Shown piece by piece: positions 1 to 13,320 of a stretch of 64,000 bases of DNA (its first letter is position 1; every line of letters starts with the position of its first letter). The stretch lies in NCBI RefSeq assembly GCF_009914755.1, contig NC_060928.1. One strand, written 5' to 3'. Under the pieces are notes generated by a model. It did not search any database. It saw only the letters and a list, made by a program, of their open reading frames with translations, and had not been told where the DNA came from. The stretch is from the human T2T-CHM13v2.0 reference genome, Homo sapiens. The position numbers and the translations under genes were made by a program.

Positions 1-659
1 ATATACCCACTGGGGAAGACTTTCTACTGCTTGTAAAGACTCAAAATTCTGGAGCTCAGAAGGACCTTGGAAAAACAATTCTGACTTCTTGGAGAATTTC
101 TTGCAGCAAAAGGCACTGAGTCTCAGAAGAGTCAAGACTTGACTTGTCAGACACAACCCTCATCTAGGAACCCCAACAAGTCAAGTCTCAGATTGACTGA
201 GGCATGACCTAGTTGTCATGTGTTGCCATTGCATCCTGGTACCTCTTGCCCCAAACAGGTTATTTTTATTCCTACATTGATAAAGTGCTATGATAATTTG
301 TGGGTGTTTGTTGATGCTTAGCCTTTTGTGTTTTGACACTAACGATTGAAAAGAGAAGAGTGGTAGTCCAAGCTACCTTCCACAGATGAAGAGACTTCAG
401 TTTTGGAGAAGAGATTACCTTGTAAGGGGAGGCCATTTTGTCCCCCTTAATAACCAGAAGTCTTAGATCAGAGGCCTCAGACACCATCCTCATCTAGGAA
501 CCCCCAAAATGACGTCAGGACACTCCCTAACATGCTCAATTTGGATACCAGGAAAGCAGGATGGGGGGTCCTGACTGCCCAGTCCAAGAGTGGCAAGGAG
601 GAGGTGACAGCATTCAGCTGTTGGCCAGGCAGCTAGGCCCTTCCAAGTCACTTTCACTA

Positions 660-850
660 CTAATATTGGTGATTAACATTTTTTGGTGCACTTTACACAT
701 TTTAAGCCCTAACACAACCCCATGATCACTGTCATTCTTATTTCACAGAGAACTGAATAACGTGTCCAAAGTCATACAGCATGTAGAGACAGACATCAGA
801 AATTGAAATGCGGAAAGCCCAATTTCTGAGCCCAAGCTTTTAACTGTTTC
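660..850 (-). mobile_element. MIR SINE remnant
   Basis: Degenerate MIR core-like text (cactttacacatt...cttatttcacagagaactga...gtccaaagtcatacagc); boundaries approximate. Confidence 0.5.
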
Positions 851-1191
851 TCCACCCCTTGCCTCCTCCCTACAGAATTTAGTGGCATCAAAGGTCATGT
901 TCTAAGTAACAGCGATGAATATCTTTTATGTTTTGGCATCTCTCATAATAGGGAAAGAAGTCTTTCATATGTTTATTTCAAAATTATGAGAACACTTTTA
1001 ACTAAACAAACTACTTCTTTTATAACTTTATAAAATTTAGGCAAATCCTCAGTTTACAGTACATTATAATCATTGGTCCATGTAGGAATCCATCTTTTAC
1101 TTAACAAGTTTAAGATTCTATAATGACTATATGGGGGCCTATCACTCAATTTAAGAACTAGGATGTTACCACTAATTTATAACTACATGGG

Positions 1192-1328
1192 CTCAGCTAA
1201 TTTTTACATGTTTTTGTAGAGATGAGGTCTCACTGTGTTGCCCAGGCTGGTCTTGAAATCCTGGGCTCAAGCAATCCTCCTGCCTTGGCCTCCCAAAGTG
1301 TGGGATTACAGGCCTGAGCCACCGGGCC
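1192..1328 (-). mobile_element. Alu left-arm fragment (AluJ/FLAM-like)
   Basis: gtagagatgaggtctcactgtgttgcccaggctggtcttgaaatcctgggctcaagcaatcctcctgccttggcctcccaaagtg...gagccacc; gggctcaagc is J-type. Confidence 0.85.
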
Positions 1329-2082
1329 CCTCCGAGAGTAATAATCGCTACCTCGAATGTTATTTATTTTGTTTTTAGAAAGTGTTTTTATCATATATAT
1401 GATAAAATATCTTAAATCTTACATCTTTTTGAGGTTTAAATAATATATTGTGTGTAATCTTACAGTAATGGATGTATGGATATAGCTGTAGTTCATTCAT
1501 TTTTACTTCTGAAAAAATTTAATTCTAAACATACTAAAATTTATTTATCCGCTCTAATGATGGATATCTGGGTTATTTCCAGGTTTTAATGTTTTACTAA
1601 TATGGTGATATAAATATCCTTGCAGTCTTCTGGTGCACATATGTCTCCCTAGGTATAAACCTAGTAGGACAGGCACTGCTAGGTTGAGAATATGCAAATA
1701 TTAAAATTTACAGGATAATGCCACACGTGTTTTCAAAGTGGTTGTACCAATTTATACTCACACTAATAATATATAATTAATACTAACAATTAAATGGTAG
1801 ATCATTAAGCTTAAATTTAAATTTCTTTAATTTCTAATATTGGTTCTATGCATTTACTTTTAGAATAAATATTCCGATCTTTCCCATTCTTCTACTTTTT
1901 TTTTCTTTTTGCCTTTTTTCTTATTCATTTGTAGGAATTCAGTATATAGTCTATAGCAGTTATCCTTTGATGGTTATTTGTATCGCAAAATTATTATAGC
2001 TATTGTTTTATTGCCTTTTTGAACATTTCCTTTGTTGAACAGATATTCTTAGTTTTCATGTAGTTTAATTTGTCCATCATTA

Positions 2083-4566
2083 AAGACGTACTTGAAGTAT
2101 ATTGCAGGTTCAATTTCACACCACCACAATAAAGCAAATGTCACAATAAAGTGAGTTACATAAATGTTTTCATTTCCTAGTACATTTAAACATTATGTTT
2201 ACACTATTTTGTAGTCTATTAAGTGTGGATAGCATTATGTCTAAAAAAATGTGCTTTTGTTAATTACCAAATATTTTATTGCTAAAACATGCTAATGATC
2301 ATCTGAGATTTCGGAGAGTCATAATCTTTTTGCTAATGGAGTGTCTTGTCTTGATGTTGATAGCTGTTGACTGATAAGGGTGGTGGTTGCTGAAGGTTGG
2401 GGTGACTGTGGCAGTTGCTTAAATTAAGACAACAGTGAAGTTTGCTGCATCAAGTGACTCTTCCTTTCATGAAAAATTTCTCTGTAGCATGTGATGATGT
2501 TTAAAAACATTTTACTCACAGCAGATCTTCTTTCAAAATTGGAGTCAATTCTTTCAAGCCCTGTGGCTGCCTTATCAATTAAGTGTAGGTAAAAATCTTG
2601 AGGTGTCATTTCAACAGTGTTCACAGCATCTTCACCAGGAGCAGATTTCATTTCAAGAGATCACTTTCTTTGCTCATTTATAGGAAGCAACTCCTCGTCC
2701 ACTTAAGTTTTATCATGAGATTGCAGCAATTCAGTCACATCTTCAGTCTTCAATTTCACTTCACACTTGCAGCATGTCTTTAATTATGATCTTTAATTCT
2801 AGTTCTCTTGCTATTTCTACCATATCTGCAGTTACTTCCTCCATGAAAAATCTTGAACCCCTCAAAGTAATCCATTTGAGTTGGAATCAACGTCTTTCAA
2901 ACTCCTGTTAATGCTGATATTTTGATCTGCTCCCATGAGTCACAATGTTCTTAGTGGCATCTGGAATGGTAAATTCTTTTCAAAAGGTTTACGATGTACT
3001 TTGCTCAGGTCCAAATGCATCAGAAGAATCACTATCTATGGCAGTCATAGCCACACAAAATGTATTTCTTAACTAATAAGACTTGAAAGTTGAAATGATT
3101 CCTTGATCCACGGGCTGCAGAATAAATATTGTGTTAGCAAGCATGGAAACAAAATAAATCACCTTGTATATTTCTTTCAGAGTTCTCGAGTGCCCAGATA
3201 CATTGTCAATGAGCAGTAATATTTTGAGAAAAAATATGTTTTTCTTAGCAGTAGATGCCAACAGTGGGCTTAAAATAGCTCATAAACCATGGTGTAAACA
3301 GATACGCTGTTATTGAGATTTGTTTGTTCCATTTATAGAACACAGGCAGAGTAGATTTAGCATAATTCCTAAGGGTCTTAGAATTTTTAGAATGGTAAAT
3401 GAACATGGGCTTCAACTTAAAATCATCAGCTACATTAGTTCCTAACAAGAGAGTCAGTCTGTCTTTTGAAGCTTTGAAGTCAGGTATTGTCTTCTCTCCT
3501 ATAGCTATGAAAGTCCTGGACGGCGTCTTCTTCCAATAGAAGGCTGCTTCATTGACGCTGAAAATCTGTTGTTTAATGTAGCCACCACTGTCAATTGTCT
3601 TAGCTAGCTTTTTTGGATAACTTACTGCAGCTTCTACATCAGCACTTACTGTTTTCACTTTGTACTTTTATGTTATAGAGATGCTTTTTTCCCTTAATCC
3701 TCATGAACCAACTACCTCGGCTAGCTTCAGATTATTCTCCCACAGCTTCGTCACCTATCTCAGCTTTCATAGACTTGAACAAAATTGGGGCTTTGCTCTG
3801 TATTTGGAATTAAATTTTTTTTTTATTTTTATTGTATTGGGTTTTGACTTAAGGAAATGTTGTGGCCGGTTTGATCTTCTATCCAGGCCACTAAAACTTT
3901 CTCCAACTCAGCAATAGGGCTACTTTGCTTTCTTATCATTTATATGTTCACTGGAGTTGCACTTTTAATTTCCTTCAAGAATTTTTCCTTTGCATTCACA
4001 AGCTAACTATTTGGCACAAGAGTTAGCTTTTGGCCTGTTTCAGTTTTGGCATGCCTTCCTTACTAAGTTTTATCATTTCTAGCTTTTGATTTCAAATAAG
4101 AGATGTGCAACTCTTCTTTTCATTTGAACATTTAGAAACCATTGTAGGATTCTTAGTTGGCCTAATTTTAATATTGTTGTGTCTCAAGGAATAGGGAGGC
4201 CTGAGGAGAGGGAGAGAGATGGAGGAATGGCCAGTCGATGGAGCAGTTAGGACACAAACAACATTTATTGGTTAAGTTCACTGTCTATATGGGCGTGGTT
4301 CATGATGTCCCAAAGCCATTACAACAGTTAACATCAAAGATTACTGATCACAGATCATCATAGCAGATATAATAATAATGAAAAAGATTCAAATATTGTG
4401 AGAATTACCAAAATGTGACACAGAGACATGGAGTGAGCACATGCTGTTAGAAAAATGGTGCAGTTAGACTTGTTTGACTCAGGGTTGCCATAAACCTTCA
4501 ATTTGTAAAAGCCATAATATCTGCGAAACACAATAAAGTGAAATTCAATAAAACGGGGTATGCCTT
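2083..4566 (-). mobile_element. Full-length Tigger1 DNA transposon (TcMar-Tigger, pogo-like)
   Basis: Both termini present (left, degenerate aagacgtacttgaagtatattgcaggttc; right caataaaacggggtatgcctt), each flanked by TA (2081-2082 and 4567-4568); ~2.48 kb; internal sequence colinear with Tigger1. Confidence 0.93.
2790..4142 (-). pseudogene. Disrupted Tigger1 transposase
   Basis: ATG at 4142 (MVSKCSNEK-like start); ORF fragments 3245-3658 (QQIFSVNEAAFYWKKTPSRTFI...KDRLTLLLG) and 3073-3261 (KILLLIDN...[16 protein letters not shown]) are typical pogo/CENP-B-like DDE sequence; frameshifts and stops; 3' end approximate. Confidence 0.85.
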
Positions 4567-7500
4567 TATTTTTATTCAGAAATTTTACATGAATTTTTAT
4601 AGCTTATTTAAGGTTGGATTTAAGACCTGATGTGTATTCTTTAAAAAATTTTTAAGGTTTTGATTTTGATATGTATTTAACTCTTTTATCCATCTGGAGT
4701 TAATTTTATGTAAGCTGTGTGGTAAGGATATAATCTCATTTGCTCCCCCTTACCACTAACTACTTTTCCTAGCTTGTATTTACTATATTGATTTACCATG
4801 ATACCTCTGACAATATTAATATTCCTTTTGTATGTGGGTCTGTTTGGGGGTCTCTAGTCTCTTGCACTGATAAGTTTATCTGTCTCTACATCTATTGTAC
4901 AATAACTTAATTACTATCATTTTACTATAAGGCTTACTGTATTGTAGGAAGTCCCTATTTCATTTATTTAAATAAACATAGATTGGCAATATTTAGCTAT
5001 TTGCTTTTCCATATAATTTTAGAAACATAGCAAATTTTATGAAAATTACTACTGCAATTTTAATTGCAGTTACAGCAAATTTATGAGTCAACTAGGGAGA
5101 ATTGACATCTGTTACATATCACTTTCCTGTGCATGAATATGCATTATCTCTGCACTTATATAGGTCTTAGGTAACTTCTCTTAGTAAAATTTATCATTTT
5201 CTTCAAGATTGTGAAGAAATATCTTTTTTTCAGATATATTCTTTGATACTTTGTTATTTTTGTTAACAATGTATGTGGCATTATTTTAAATTGTATTATG
5301 TGTGTTTTTCTTGTTGTATAAAAATATACTTGACCTTTATATGTTGATTTTATTTCCAGAAATCTTGCTGACATATATTATTATGTATAAGGATTTCTGA
5401 AGTTTCTGAATTTTCTGTTTAAATAGTATATTATCTGCAAGAAATTACATTTATATTTAAATTTATTTATATTTTCTTTTGCTAAATAGGCTTTATAACA
5501 AAATATGTATTAGAAGTGATGATAACTGGCCTACTTGTATTCTAACATTTCCCCTAAAAACATGCCCATTGTGATAGTTGTTTTTTTTCCCCCAAAAGCA
5601 TGATTCCAGAGAGCAGTATGCATAGAGAATTTTAGTGCACAATCAGCAAAACCACATCTGATAGTCCTATATATTCCTCATGAGGTCAAAGAATTACCCT
5701 TCTATTTTTATTTATTTAAATATATATGTATATATATGTGGGTGTTAAATTATTTGCATTCATTTAATAAAAAATTCTTTTATTATTTAATCTGTTAATC
5801 TGGTGAAGAACATTTACTGATTTTCTAAAATTAAACTACCCTTGCATTCTGGGGATAAACTAAGTTAGTCCTGGTTTATTAACCTTCTTCCCCTGACTCT
5901 CCATCTCTCCCCACACACATACTGCTGATTTCAGATTGCTATTATTTTGTTAGGCGTTTTATTTTCTTTTTAACCAATTCGTATAAGTAAAATGGGCTTG
6001 CAAATTTCCTTTTCAGTTCTCAACTCATAGAATAATTGAGAAATAGTCCTGGTTTGTTCTCTAGAAAAGCTTATAGAAGATTGGAATAACATGTTTTTTG
6101 AAAAGTTAGTAAAATGATTTTACAAAATGGTCTTATCTTGGCGTTTTCTTTATGGGAAGATTTTAATTACTGCCTCAAATGCATTAATAATTATAGCATT
6201 ATTTAGGTTTTCTATGTATTCTTGGGTTCGTTTTTGATGTTATATTTTTCTATTAATTTAACCACTTCATGTAAACTTTCAAGTATATTTGCCCAGAATT
6301 GGTGATTATAATATTGTCTTTTTATTCTCTTATATCAGCATGTTCCTTTTTTAATCATGCTATTATTAATTTATGCTTTCTCTATCTTTCTTGACTGGTC
6401 TGATACAGATTTTTTTTTTAAATATACATGTTTTTTGTCAGTCTTTTCTAATGTATTATTGTTGTCTATTTCATTCATTTCTGATTATATACTTTTCCTT
6501 TTATCAAATTCCTTCATATTTATTATTTTTCTCCCCTTCTTGAACTGGACAGATTACTATTAGTCTTTCTTTTTTTTAATTACCACCAGCACTTAAGACT
6601 ATAATTTTCCTTTGTATCTCAATTTGCATTACATCTCTCGTTTTTATATATAATCTTTTCTTATTCATTCAGTTATAAGCATGTGTAAACATTCATTATG
6701 ACATTTTCTGTAACACATGGGTTATTTAGAAATGTGCTTTCTAATTTTCAAACATTGAGGAATTTAAAGTTTTTATCTTTTTTATGACTTCCTAACACAA
6801 TTGCTTTGTGGTCAGAGTATGGAATGTTTTGAAATCTATTTTTCTGATATTTATTGAGACTATACTTGTGTTCACCTACTTGGTCAATTTCAGTCAATTT
6901 CCATGAGTGCTTAAAAAGAATATGTATTTTTACTTAAATGTATGCAGAATTTTAAATATACCTATTAGATAAGTTATTTTATTTGTGTTACTTCTTAAAT
7001 TTTCCCTATCTTTGTTGATTTGCTTGTATGCTTAACTCATCAATAATTGAGAGTTGTATTGATTTTCTCAATATGCTGGTAGTTCTATTGATTTTTCCCA
7101 GTAGTCTTACCAGCTTTTCTTTCACATATCTTAAGTCTCTTGTATTAAGTGCAAAAGTGTTTAGAACTGTATTTTTCTGGTGAATGGCATTTCTGGTATA
7201 ATTAGTAAACATACCCAAAGTTTTTTTGCCCTAAGATCTATTGTGCTCAGAACTAAAATGGATATGCCCAGATTTTTTTTCTTAATATTTGTCTAATATA
7301 TATCTTTTCAGTTTTTTCATTAAACCATTTTTATACTTATGTCTATTTCTTATAAACAACATATAGTTAGGTTTCTAAAAATGAAATCTGAAAAATACTG
7401 TATTTTATCTGGTGAGCTTACATGTATGCTAATTATTGATATATATGTACTTGTTTCTACCTTCTTTTTTCAGATTTATTTTTATTCAGATTATTACAGT

Positions 7501-7894
7501 TTTCTTCCCACCTATTCTTCTATTGTAAGGAATGACTGACTTTTTTGGTTCCCTTTTCTCCCATTTTTTAGTTGCACTAGCTAAAAATTTATAACTTTAT
7601 TTTTATTCCTTTTTTGTGGTTAATCTTATTTTATAAAGAATCTTTAACTTGACAAAGTTCAAAGTAAAATTTTTAAAAATAGACTTCCCTACATAAACAA
7701 TAAGATTTTAGAAAATTTTAGCTTCAATATTAAGTGCTTAATTATTTAGCCTCACAAATTAAACACTATTTTTTGATACAGAAAATGTTATTTATATTTT
7801 GCTACTTTAAATGGCTTATTTACAAGTTTCTTTACAGCAGCTCTTTTGGGAATTTTCTCCCAGTTTTTATTTAACTGTAGTTGTCTTTATTTTG

Positions 7895-8790
7895 CCTCTG
7901 AGGGCTCTGTTGAGAAAAGATTATAAAAGGACAAACATGGTAGTTAGCAAATGAATAGTCAAGGTGCTTATGTAATAATCCAGGCACAGGAAGATGGTGG
8001 ATTGCATAGATTGGTAGAACTGGAGCTGTTGAGGAGTACTAGTTGTATTTTCAAGATTTAGCCAACAATATTTCCTGATTGAATGTCAAGAATGAGAGAA
8101 AGAGGAGTCAAGTTTGAGAAGGAGTCCAGGGCTTGAGAAACTGGAAAGATGGATCTGCTATTAACTAAGATGAGGAACCATAAGTGAGGCACATTTGGGA
8201 ACGAATAGGATTTTAGTATGGGATATGCTCATGTCATATTTATCAGACATCAAGTGGACATTTTAAATGTGTGAGTCCAGAGTTCAGGAAAGAACTCTAT
8301 TTGTCAGCCATTTACACATAGAGGATATGTAAAGCTATGAAACTGTATGAGATCTCCACGTGGAGTGAGTACATAGAGGGGAAAGGGTCAAGAGCTGACC
8401 CTCGGAAGACTCCAATGCTAAGACATGGAGGAGTAAGCAAAAAGAAAAGGTGCATCCAGTGAGGTATGAGGGAAAACAGCAGTGTGGTATTCTTGAGTTC
8501 AAGTGAACAGGGGTTCAAAGGATAAAGAGTTAATTATCTGTGTATATCATGCGTGTGGAGGACAGAAAAGTAACCACTGATTTAACAACATGAAGATAAC
8601 TATTGGCGACCTTGACCCAAGCAGCTTTGGTTGAAAGATGGCAATGAGAGACTGATGGAATTATGTGGTGAAGAGTAACTGGAAACAAGAGCTTTCAAGG
8701 AAATTGTATTTAAATTGGAGACAAAATTGGAGATAACTCTTTTATGAAATTTTCCTGTTGAAGTGGAGAAAAATGGATCAGCACCTCGCA
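7895..8790 (-). mobile_element. L2 LINE remnant
   Basis: Purine-rich antisense L2 motifs (ataatccaggcacaggaagatggtgg, gagagaaagaggagtcaag, aactggaaagatgga, atttaacaacatgaagat...gaccttgac). Confidence 0.7.
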
Positions 8791-8821
8791 GATAAGGAGG
8801 GTAGAGACTTAAATTCTATTG

Positions 8822-9126
8822 TGAGCTAACCAGTAATCACTAGCCATAAGTGATTATTGAGCACTTGAAACGTGAATAGTTGAAACTAAGATGTGCTGTA
8901 AATAGAAAATATACATCAGACTTTAAAGATTTTTACCAAAAACCATAAACTATCTCAGTGCTTTTTAAATGTTGATTGCATGTTAATATGACAATATTTC
9001 AGATCTATTAGATTAAAATATATTATTAAAATGAATTTCACCTGCTTGTAAGTGTTTTTTAAATGTGTGTATCGGAAAGTTTAAAATGACATGTGGCTCA
9101 CCTTATATTTCTACCAAACAGTGCTT
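8822..9126 (-). mobile_element. MER33 (hAT-Charlie) DNA element
   Basis: cactagccata...attgagcacttgaaa...gatgtgctgtaa...aaaatgaatttcacctg...catgtggctcac..tatatttcta..aacagtgct; ~300 bp. Confidence 0.8.
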
Positions 9127-9142
9127 GTTTGGACAATCATAT

Positions 9143-10550
9143 CGTGTCCGGAATTGGTGAGTTCTTGGTCTCACTGACTTCAAGAATGAAGCTGCGAACC
9201 CTCACGGTGAGTGTTACAGTTCTTAAAGGTGGCATGTCCAGAGTTTGTTCCTTCTAATGTTCGGATGTGTTCGCAGTTTCTTCCTTCTCGTGCGTTCATG
9301 GTTTCCGGCCTCAGGAGTGAAACTGCAGACCTTAGCAGGGAGTGTTACAGCTCATAAACGCAGTGCAGATCCAAACAGTGAGCAGCAGCAAGATTTATTG
9401 CAAGACCAAAATAACAAAGCTTCCACCATGCAGAAACGGACCTGAGCAGGTTGCCATTGCTGGCTCAGCAGCCTGCTTTTATTCCCTTATCTGGCCCCAC
9501 CCACATCCTGCTGATTGGTCCATTTTAGAGAGCTGATTGGTCTGTTTTACAGAGAGCTGATTGGTCCATTTTGACAGGGTGCTGATTGGTGTGTTTACAA
9601 TCCCCCAGCTAGACACAAAAGTTCTCCAAGTCCCCACTAGATTAGCTAGATACAGAGCACTGATTGGTGCGTTTACAAACCTTGAGCTAGACACAGAGTG
9701 CTGATTGGTGTATTTACAAACCTTGAGCTAGACACAGACTGCTGATTGGTGTATTTACAATCCCTTAGCTAGACATAAAGGTTCTCCAAGTCCTCACTGG
9801 ATTAGCTAGACACAGAGCACTGATTGGTGCATTCACAAACCTTGAGCTAGACACAGAGTGCTGATTGGTGTATCTACAATCCTTTAGCTAGACATAAAGG
9901 TTCTGTAAGTCCCCACTAGACTCAGGAGCCCAGCTGACTTCACCTGGTGGATCCTGCACCAGGGCAGCAGGCAGAGCTGCCCACCAGTCTGGCCCTGTGG
10001 CCCGCACTTGTTAGCCCTTGGGCGGTGGATGGGACCAGGAGCTACGGAGCAGGGTGTGGGGCTCGTCGAGGAATCTTGGGTGGTGCAGGAGACCAGGGCG
10101 CCGGGGTGGGAGGCTCAGGCATGGCCGGCTGCAGGTCCCGAGCCCTGCAGCCTGGGGAGGCAGCTGAGGCCGAGCGAGAATTTGAGTGCAGAACCGGCGG
10201 ACTGGCACTGCTGGGGGACCTGGCGCACCCTCCGCAGCTGCTGGCCCGGGTGCTAAGCCCCTCACTGCCATGGGCTGGCGAGGCTCAGAGTGCGGGCCTG
10301 CTGAGCCCACGCCCACCCGGAACTCACACTGTCCGGTGAGCCCTGTGCGCAGCCGCGGTTCCCACCTGTGCCTCTCCCTCCACACCTCCTCACAGCAGAG
10401 GGAGCTGGCTCCGACCTCGGCCAGACTAGAGAGGGGCTCCCAAAGTGCAGCGGCGTGCTGAAGGGCTTCCTCATGCATGGCCAGAGTGCGCGCTGAGGCC
10501 TAGGAGGCTCCCAGAGCGAGCAAGGGCTGCCAGCATGCTGGCACCTCTCA
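9143..10550 (-). mobile_element. Solo ERV9 LTR (LTR12 family, LTR12D/E-like)
   Basis: On the minus strand starts TGAGAGGTG (10550) and ends CCAATTCCGGACAC (9144); 4-bp TSD ATAT at 9139-9142 and 10551-10554; GC-rich 5' U3 and CCAAT repeat array. Confidence 0.93.
9470..9900 (-). promoter_or_regulatory. LTR12 U3 enhancer/promoter: tandem ~41-bp units with nine CCAAT (NF-Y) boxes and a TATA-like GGGAATAAAAGC
   Basis: ctgattggt at ~9511, 9533, 9557, 9582, 9660, 9701, 9742, 9820, 9861; gcttttattccc at ~9475-9486; LTR poly(A) signal (tttatt) at ~9394-9399. Confidence 0.75.
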
Positions 10551-11989
10551 ATATCATCTAAGCAACCTCTCTAAGCCCAAGGGTGTGAGGTGGGAGAGAC
10601 AAAGTAAGAAACTCATACATGCTAAGAATTTAGACATTTAATGACAGTTAAGCAATCCTATCTAAAAATCTTTTCTGGGACCCCATAATATTAATTTATA
10701 AATGAAAACCTTCAGAATAGTGAGGATATTTGAAGTAAAGCTAATGACACAGAAATATAAAAAATGAAAAGGGCTACCTTTCAGACACTGGGAATGCTTG
10801 TTTTGAAACTATGAACAGAATTTCCCAGAGACTGTAATGAGTTAATTTTCTCAATTAGTAGAAATTAGCAGAATTTGGCAGTGTTAGCTACTATACAATT
10901 TTATAAATATTGGGTCTCTTTGAATATATTATTGCATAAATATGCAATAGCTAATAAGCTTCTGTTTTTTTCTGTCATTGATATTTTGAAATTAAGTTTA
11001 TATTATGGTACTTCAAGCATGAAAGTGTTGCAAGTTTTACTAAAAACTGCTTAATCTAGTTATCTGGCTATCTGTATTCTTACTGAATGCTTGCTAAAGT
11101 TATGGCTTCATCTCATCCACAGTAATTCTACAATTACAGCATTAAGGATGGAGGAAACCAGCTGTGTTTTGGTTTCATTGAACATCTTGAACTATTATTC
11201 AAGCATTTTGGGTAAAATAAAATCTAAAATGCATTTTGACAAGGATGTTTCACGTTTATTTTTAGACCCAAGTACATTTCAGAAGAAATTTAATTCATAC
11301 GTTTCTGATTTATTTACAATTAACTGATCAAAGTTTTTGCTGAGAAGTGTATGATATTAAAGAAGCTAAATCACCATTAATAAGGGATCTTTACCCACTT
11401 CTTTTTCCTTCATTCTCCTATAGAAAGTCATTTTTGCAAAGCAAACATAATTTTAAGTCATTTGACATAATACTCAAAATCTACAATGTTGTATTTAACT
11501 TGAAGAGATTCCTCAGTATTGTAAGATCATTTGGAGAGCTGTTATCATTATTAATTTTTAAAAATTTAAGAAGCCTAGTAATAAAAACCTCTGATTTTGT
11601 GTAACACTCCTTTTCATTGACAACATTAAACAGCAATTAACTATTTGCTGATTACATTATCTACTGCTTTTAACTTACCTAAGATAGGCAACAGCAATCA
11701 CAAAGCCTAGTATAGCTTAGCTGCTTAACAATTAATTTTCAAAATGGTTAATGAACAAATGATGAATGAATGACTGAAGATATTAAACAACTGGAAAATA
11801 TCGTAGATTTTCGCTACTATATTTTAAATTTCATTTAATAGGACACTATGTAAACAAAACAATATACTAATCCCTTGATAATTTCTTATTTAAAATTGCA
11901 TGTCTAACACAAAATATATTTATATAAAATGAAAAAAATGTATATAGGCTTAGTTAACTTGAATGAGATACTAATTAATGTTTTACATT

Positions 11990-12190
11990 CATAGAAATAT
12001 TATACATCTATATGCACTTATATAAGCATAATCTATACACTCATTATATATTATATGTAATATGTATATTACATATATGCTACACTATACATAATATGCA
12101 TATGTTATATGCATATTATATGCAATATATACACATTAGCATTTTATATATTATATACATTGCAGGATATGTTATATAACTATATGTGGA
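11990..12190. repeat. TA-rich low-complexity / decayed (TA)n tract
   Basis: Runs of tatata/catata/tatgca. Confidence 0.7.
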
Positions 12191-13242
12191 CATGTATTCT
12201 TACACTATTTCATTTAATCTTAAAGATTCAGAAGGAAGTTTGTAAATAAATATATCAACAAAATCTGATCTATTTTCAAGTAGTTTCAAGATGAGATATT
12301 ACTGTAATGTACTCCTTTTGTTACTCTCTTTAACTATATTCAAAAATATACATTCTTTTGACCTGATCTAGATTTTACAACAGAATTATACAGTAGCAGA
12401 ATTTACTCAACACAAGAGTTAGGGTAATGGGGCTTCATGTGAGACTCCAGAAATCTTGCCAGGCCAAATTCTAGAAACCACTCATCTAGAATATTTTCCC
12501 TAGAACTCAGCTTTATTGGATATTCTTCCTTCCATCTCTCTTTAGTCTTTCTTCAATCGCAAGAAGTTACAATTATATAACTGTTGTAACAGGTTATTCT
12601 GTCCTTCAATTTCTTTGTACTTGGAATTAATAATGTGATGGAAAGAAATTGTAAGGTTGTACATAAACAGTTTTCAGAACAGGTGCATTTCATTTTGCTT
12701 GTTTGTGTCAACGAGTAGGAAATAAGCAGTTTTGGGTATTCTTTACATATTTTTACTCAAGACTTGCTATCATGGTTGTTGATGAACTTCCAGAACAGTG
12801 CACAGTTAGCAGAAATTTGTGCTGTCTGATCTGTTCTATAAGTTGTAAGACATGGAGGTTAGATATTCACAGAAAAATTTTCCTCCTTTTCCTTTATAGT
12901 TTGTGAATTATGCACTTAAGGGTGTATTGAAAAGCTCAGTTTATCTTAATCAAGTTTTCACTACAATTCATCAAAAGCTCAGCTCTTTTCTTAATTTATT
13001 ACAACACATTGTTCTTTGTTGAAAATGTGCCCAGAGACATGTGCATTGTATGCCTTTTCTTAAATTAGAGAATAGTGAACTCTGTGAAGTGAACAGATGC
13101 CATAATTCTGTATTTATCACCAGACTGTGAAATCATCTCTTTTTGAGAATGGCTAGAACATCAGTTCTGATTTTAAATGATATTTTACTGACAGGTTTGC
13201 ACATGCCATCTGAATTTTATCTACACATGTGAAGCATGGCCT

Positions 13243-13320
13243 ATGGCTCTGCTGTCAAAAATAAATGATTCAGGAACATGATGGCTCTGCTGTCAAAAAT
13301 AAATGATTCAGGAACATGAT
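13243..13320. repeat. Perfect 38-bp tandem duplication
   Basis: atggctctgctgtcaaaaataaatgattcaggaacatg at 13243-13280 and 13281-13318, followed by at. Confidence 0.97.

Larger units (their letters stand above)
1350..7870 (-). mobile_element. Ancient L1M (L1ME-like) LINE, 3'UTR plus ORF2 remnant, interrupted by Tigger1
   Basis: T-rich antisense L1 motifs on both sides of Tigger1 (gttcattcattttt, tttcaaagtggttgtaccaatttatactc, ccatataattttagaa, gggagaattgacatc, ccttgcattctggggataaac, aattgctttgtggtcagag); ends approximate. Confidence 0.75.

Noticed and set aside
9500-9900. Regularly spaced repeats resembling a CRISPR array
   Set aside because: The units are near-identical along their whole length with no unique spacers. 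They are the known LTR12 U3 tandem repeats, in primate DNA with no cas genes.
9947-10478. Overlapping 70-155 aa ORFs in a GC-rich island
   Set aside because: They lie wholly inside the LTR12 U3; stop codons are rare in GC-rich DNA and there is no recognisable protein.
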